Source: Scyliorhinus canicula
Taxonomy: Eukaryota
Assembly (NCBI RefSeq): GCF_902713615.1
Contig: NC_052164.1
Coordinates: 101,717,235-101,781,234 of the forward strand
DNA length: 64,000 nt
Direction of reading: 5' to 3'
Shown: one piece after another, positions 61,573 to 64,000 of the stretch
Layout of the letters: every line of letters begins with the position of its first letter
How positions within the stretch are numbered: the stretch's first letter is position 1
Notes under the pieces: generated by a model
The model's database searches: none
Seen by the model: only the letters and a program-made list of their open reading frames with translations
Told to the model about the DNA's origin: nothing
Made by a program: the position numbers and the translations under genes

Positions 61573-62164
61573 ATGGTCTGGAGATACAAATTTAAACCCC
61601 AACAGCCCAGATAATCAATTAAAATCTAATTAATTAAGAAAACTGGAATAAAGTGCTAGCCACATTAATACTAATGAAACCACCTAATTGTGATAACACC
61701 AATCCAGCTCAATAATGTCCTTCATGGACAGAAATCTACCATCTTTACCCAGCCTGGCTGACATACATCTCCAGGCCCATAGCAAAATTGCTGACTCTCA
61801 ACTGCCCTCTGAAATGGCCCAGCAAGACACTCAATTGTAGGTGGCCCTGTTACCTGCTCCAGTGAAAGAATGGGTGGCCATTTGTCGGTCTTCCAGTTGT
61901 TTATTGACTGAGTACTGCAGTCTGGCACATTCCAAAGTCCAGGACTACATGCTCAGCGATGCACAAAAACTTGGGGCAAAGGTGCAATGGAGGAAGGCAA
62001 CTGTTTAAAGCCTTTCAGCCATAATGCACTGAGGGTCTGGAAACTGTGGAAATCCCTTGTGGCTGTATGTTTAACATGTAATGAACATTGTATATATTGA
62101 CTGTAATTGAAAATGAAATGAATAACAGGCAGTATTGGAAGAAACTGATTTATTTTCCTCTTCA

Positions 62165-62478
62165 TAATAATATAATAATAGTTAGTGTCACAAGTAGGCT
62201 CACATTAACACTGCAATGAAGTTACTGTGAAAATCCCCTGGTCGCCACGTTCCGGCGCCTGTTCGGGTACACAGAGGGAGAATTCTGAATGTCCAATTCA
62301 CCTAACAAGCACGTCTTTCGGGGCTTTGTGGGAGGAAACCGGAGCACCCGGAGGAAACCCACGCAGATACGGGGAGAACGTGCAGACTCAGCACAGACAG
62401 GGACCCAAGCCAGGAATCGAACCTGGGTCCCTGGAGCTGTGAAGCAACAATGCTTACCATTGTGCTACTGTGCCACCC
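62165..62478 (-). mobile_element. HE1 variant with (ATT)n tail
   Basis: Reverse complement of the 3409-3721 type. Confidence 0.88.
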
Positions 62479-62505
62479 ATACATGTAATATCATCTTTGA
62501 AAAGT

Positions 62506-62739
62506 AGTGGCCAGGATGGTGGTGCAGTGGTTAGCACTGCTGCCTCATGGCACCGAGTTGCCAGGTTCGATCCCGGCCCTGGGTCACTGTCTGTGTGGCG
62601 TTTGCACATTCTTCCCGTGTCTGCGTGGGTCTCACTCCCACAACCCAAAGATGTGGAGGCTAGGTGGGATTGGCCACACTACATTGCCCCTTAATTGGGA
62701 AAAAATGAATTGGGTACTCTAAATTTACTTTTTTTTTAA
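62506..62739 (+). mobile_element. Short HE1 variant with 13-bp TSD
   Basis: TSD atctttgaaaagt (62493-505) / atctttgaacagt (62740-52). Confidence 0.8.
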
Positions 62740-64000
62740 ATCTTTGAACAGTCATGTAATGTTCATTTGTAAAATGCATAATGTGTATATTTTTTGAAAA
62801 CAAAATTAGGTAGGAGAAATAATTGATGGCCTTGCCAACAATGCTCATTTCCCAGGAATGAATTTTTAAAATAGTAAAATGAATTTTGGAGACCACCAGC
62901 TCTTTATATAAAGGGGTATTCTTTTCACTTTTGAAGTAAGTGTAATTACCTCTTCTACCAGAAGGGGTCACAATCTGAGAGAATATATCCAGCAATGAAC
63001 AAATCAGGAATGATATAATTTAATAAATATCATATAATTACTGTTGGCAGACAATAAGCATCGACCGTAATGCTTTGGAAGGAAGACTGAGGCAGGGTCT
63101 GAATGCAGATCGACATTTAAGGGTCAAATACTGCTTTCGAACAAATCACTAAATCTAATATTAGATAATGCTCCTAATAATAAGATAATTGGGATGAATG
63201 GTGATTTGGTTTAATTTTGTTTTCACATGGGGATGTGAACATGTAAAAACATGCCTGTTGAATAATTATTATTTTTGTTTCCTTAATAATCTTCAAACTC
63301 AAAACAGCTTAAAAGATTGTAGATGGTAAAATAGCATGTTAACTGTGTAATCACTTGTGAGTGCTTGGCGAAAGTGATAATATTTGATTCTTATGCTCAA
63401 TTTTAAGCAGGTTTATATTTCTAAGATCATTGATCATAGAATTTACAGTGCAGAAGGAGGCCATTCGGCCCATCGAGTCTGCACTGGCAAAACCAATATT
63501 TTAGGACAGGAGGCATTCGGCAAAAATAGGGTTTAGAAAAGAACACAAGCACATGGCCTTTTAGTAATGGTTACGGTATTCAAGGTCCTGACGTGGGTAA
63601 AGTGCAACTATTCTGTGGCCAACATTTGTCTGGGTGTCTGTACTGATAAACACGCACACACAACAGCCCCAGATATTGCTGATTCGCCTCTTAAACCCTG
63701 GCTATCAAAGGGAGAGTGATTTATTACAATTCACACGCTGCTAATTAGCTGTCTGCTCTCCATCAATGTTGGGAGGCCCAAGAGGAGGGGGAATACAGAA
63801 CAGCACCTTCCAAACCCAGTGACCTCTTCTATTATGGGCTTGAACCTGATACAGTGTAAACATCACAAGGTGGAGACTGTCTGTACAGGTAAGGCAGCAT
63901 TATAGCAGTGTAAATGAAAGCAGAAATTGCGAAGAGATATGAACACATTAATAACTGGACTTCAACTGTGGCCAATAGATTTCAATGTAGGCAAGTATGA

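Noticed and set aside
60999-61614. 130-200-aa GC-rich ORFs (also 6855-7656, 14906-15507, 25488-26117)
   Set aside because: Lie in GC-rich TIR elements, open in several frames on both strands, no domain motifs

Overview
Eukaryotic, repeat-dominated DNA from a cartilaginous fish, most likely a catshark (Scyliorhinus-like), inferred from HE1-type tRNA SINEs, HER1/CR1 LINEs and Deu-domain SINEs. I recognise no host protein-coding exon. The only intact long ORF is ORF2 (APE endonuclease + RT, 1013 aa) of a young, 5'-truncated CR1 LINE (41118-44502, minus). Other content: (1) about ten GC-rich PIF/Harbinger-type TIR elements with GGGC termini and 3-bp TSDs, two of them ~3 kb and carrying a decayed three-exon Myb/SANT gene but no visible transposase; (2) tiny Penelope-like insertions with minimal hammerhead ribozymes; (3) one HE1 SINE body found with three different 3' tails; (4) three solo-LTR remnants and an L1/Tx1 3' fragment; (5) 33-bp, 37-bp, 15-bp and polypurine tandem repeats, and about 25 long G/C homopolymers. 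Repeat-free islands carry promoter-like motifs and well-formed splice sites, suggesting untranslated exons of a minus-strand transcript with alternative promoters. That model is inferred only. All family assignments are from recalled consensus sequences; no database search was run.
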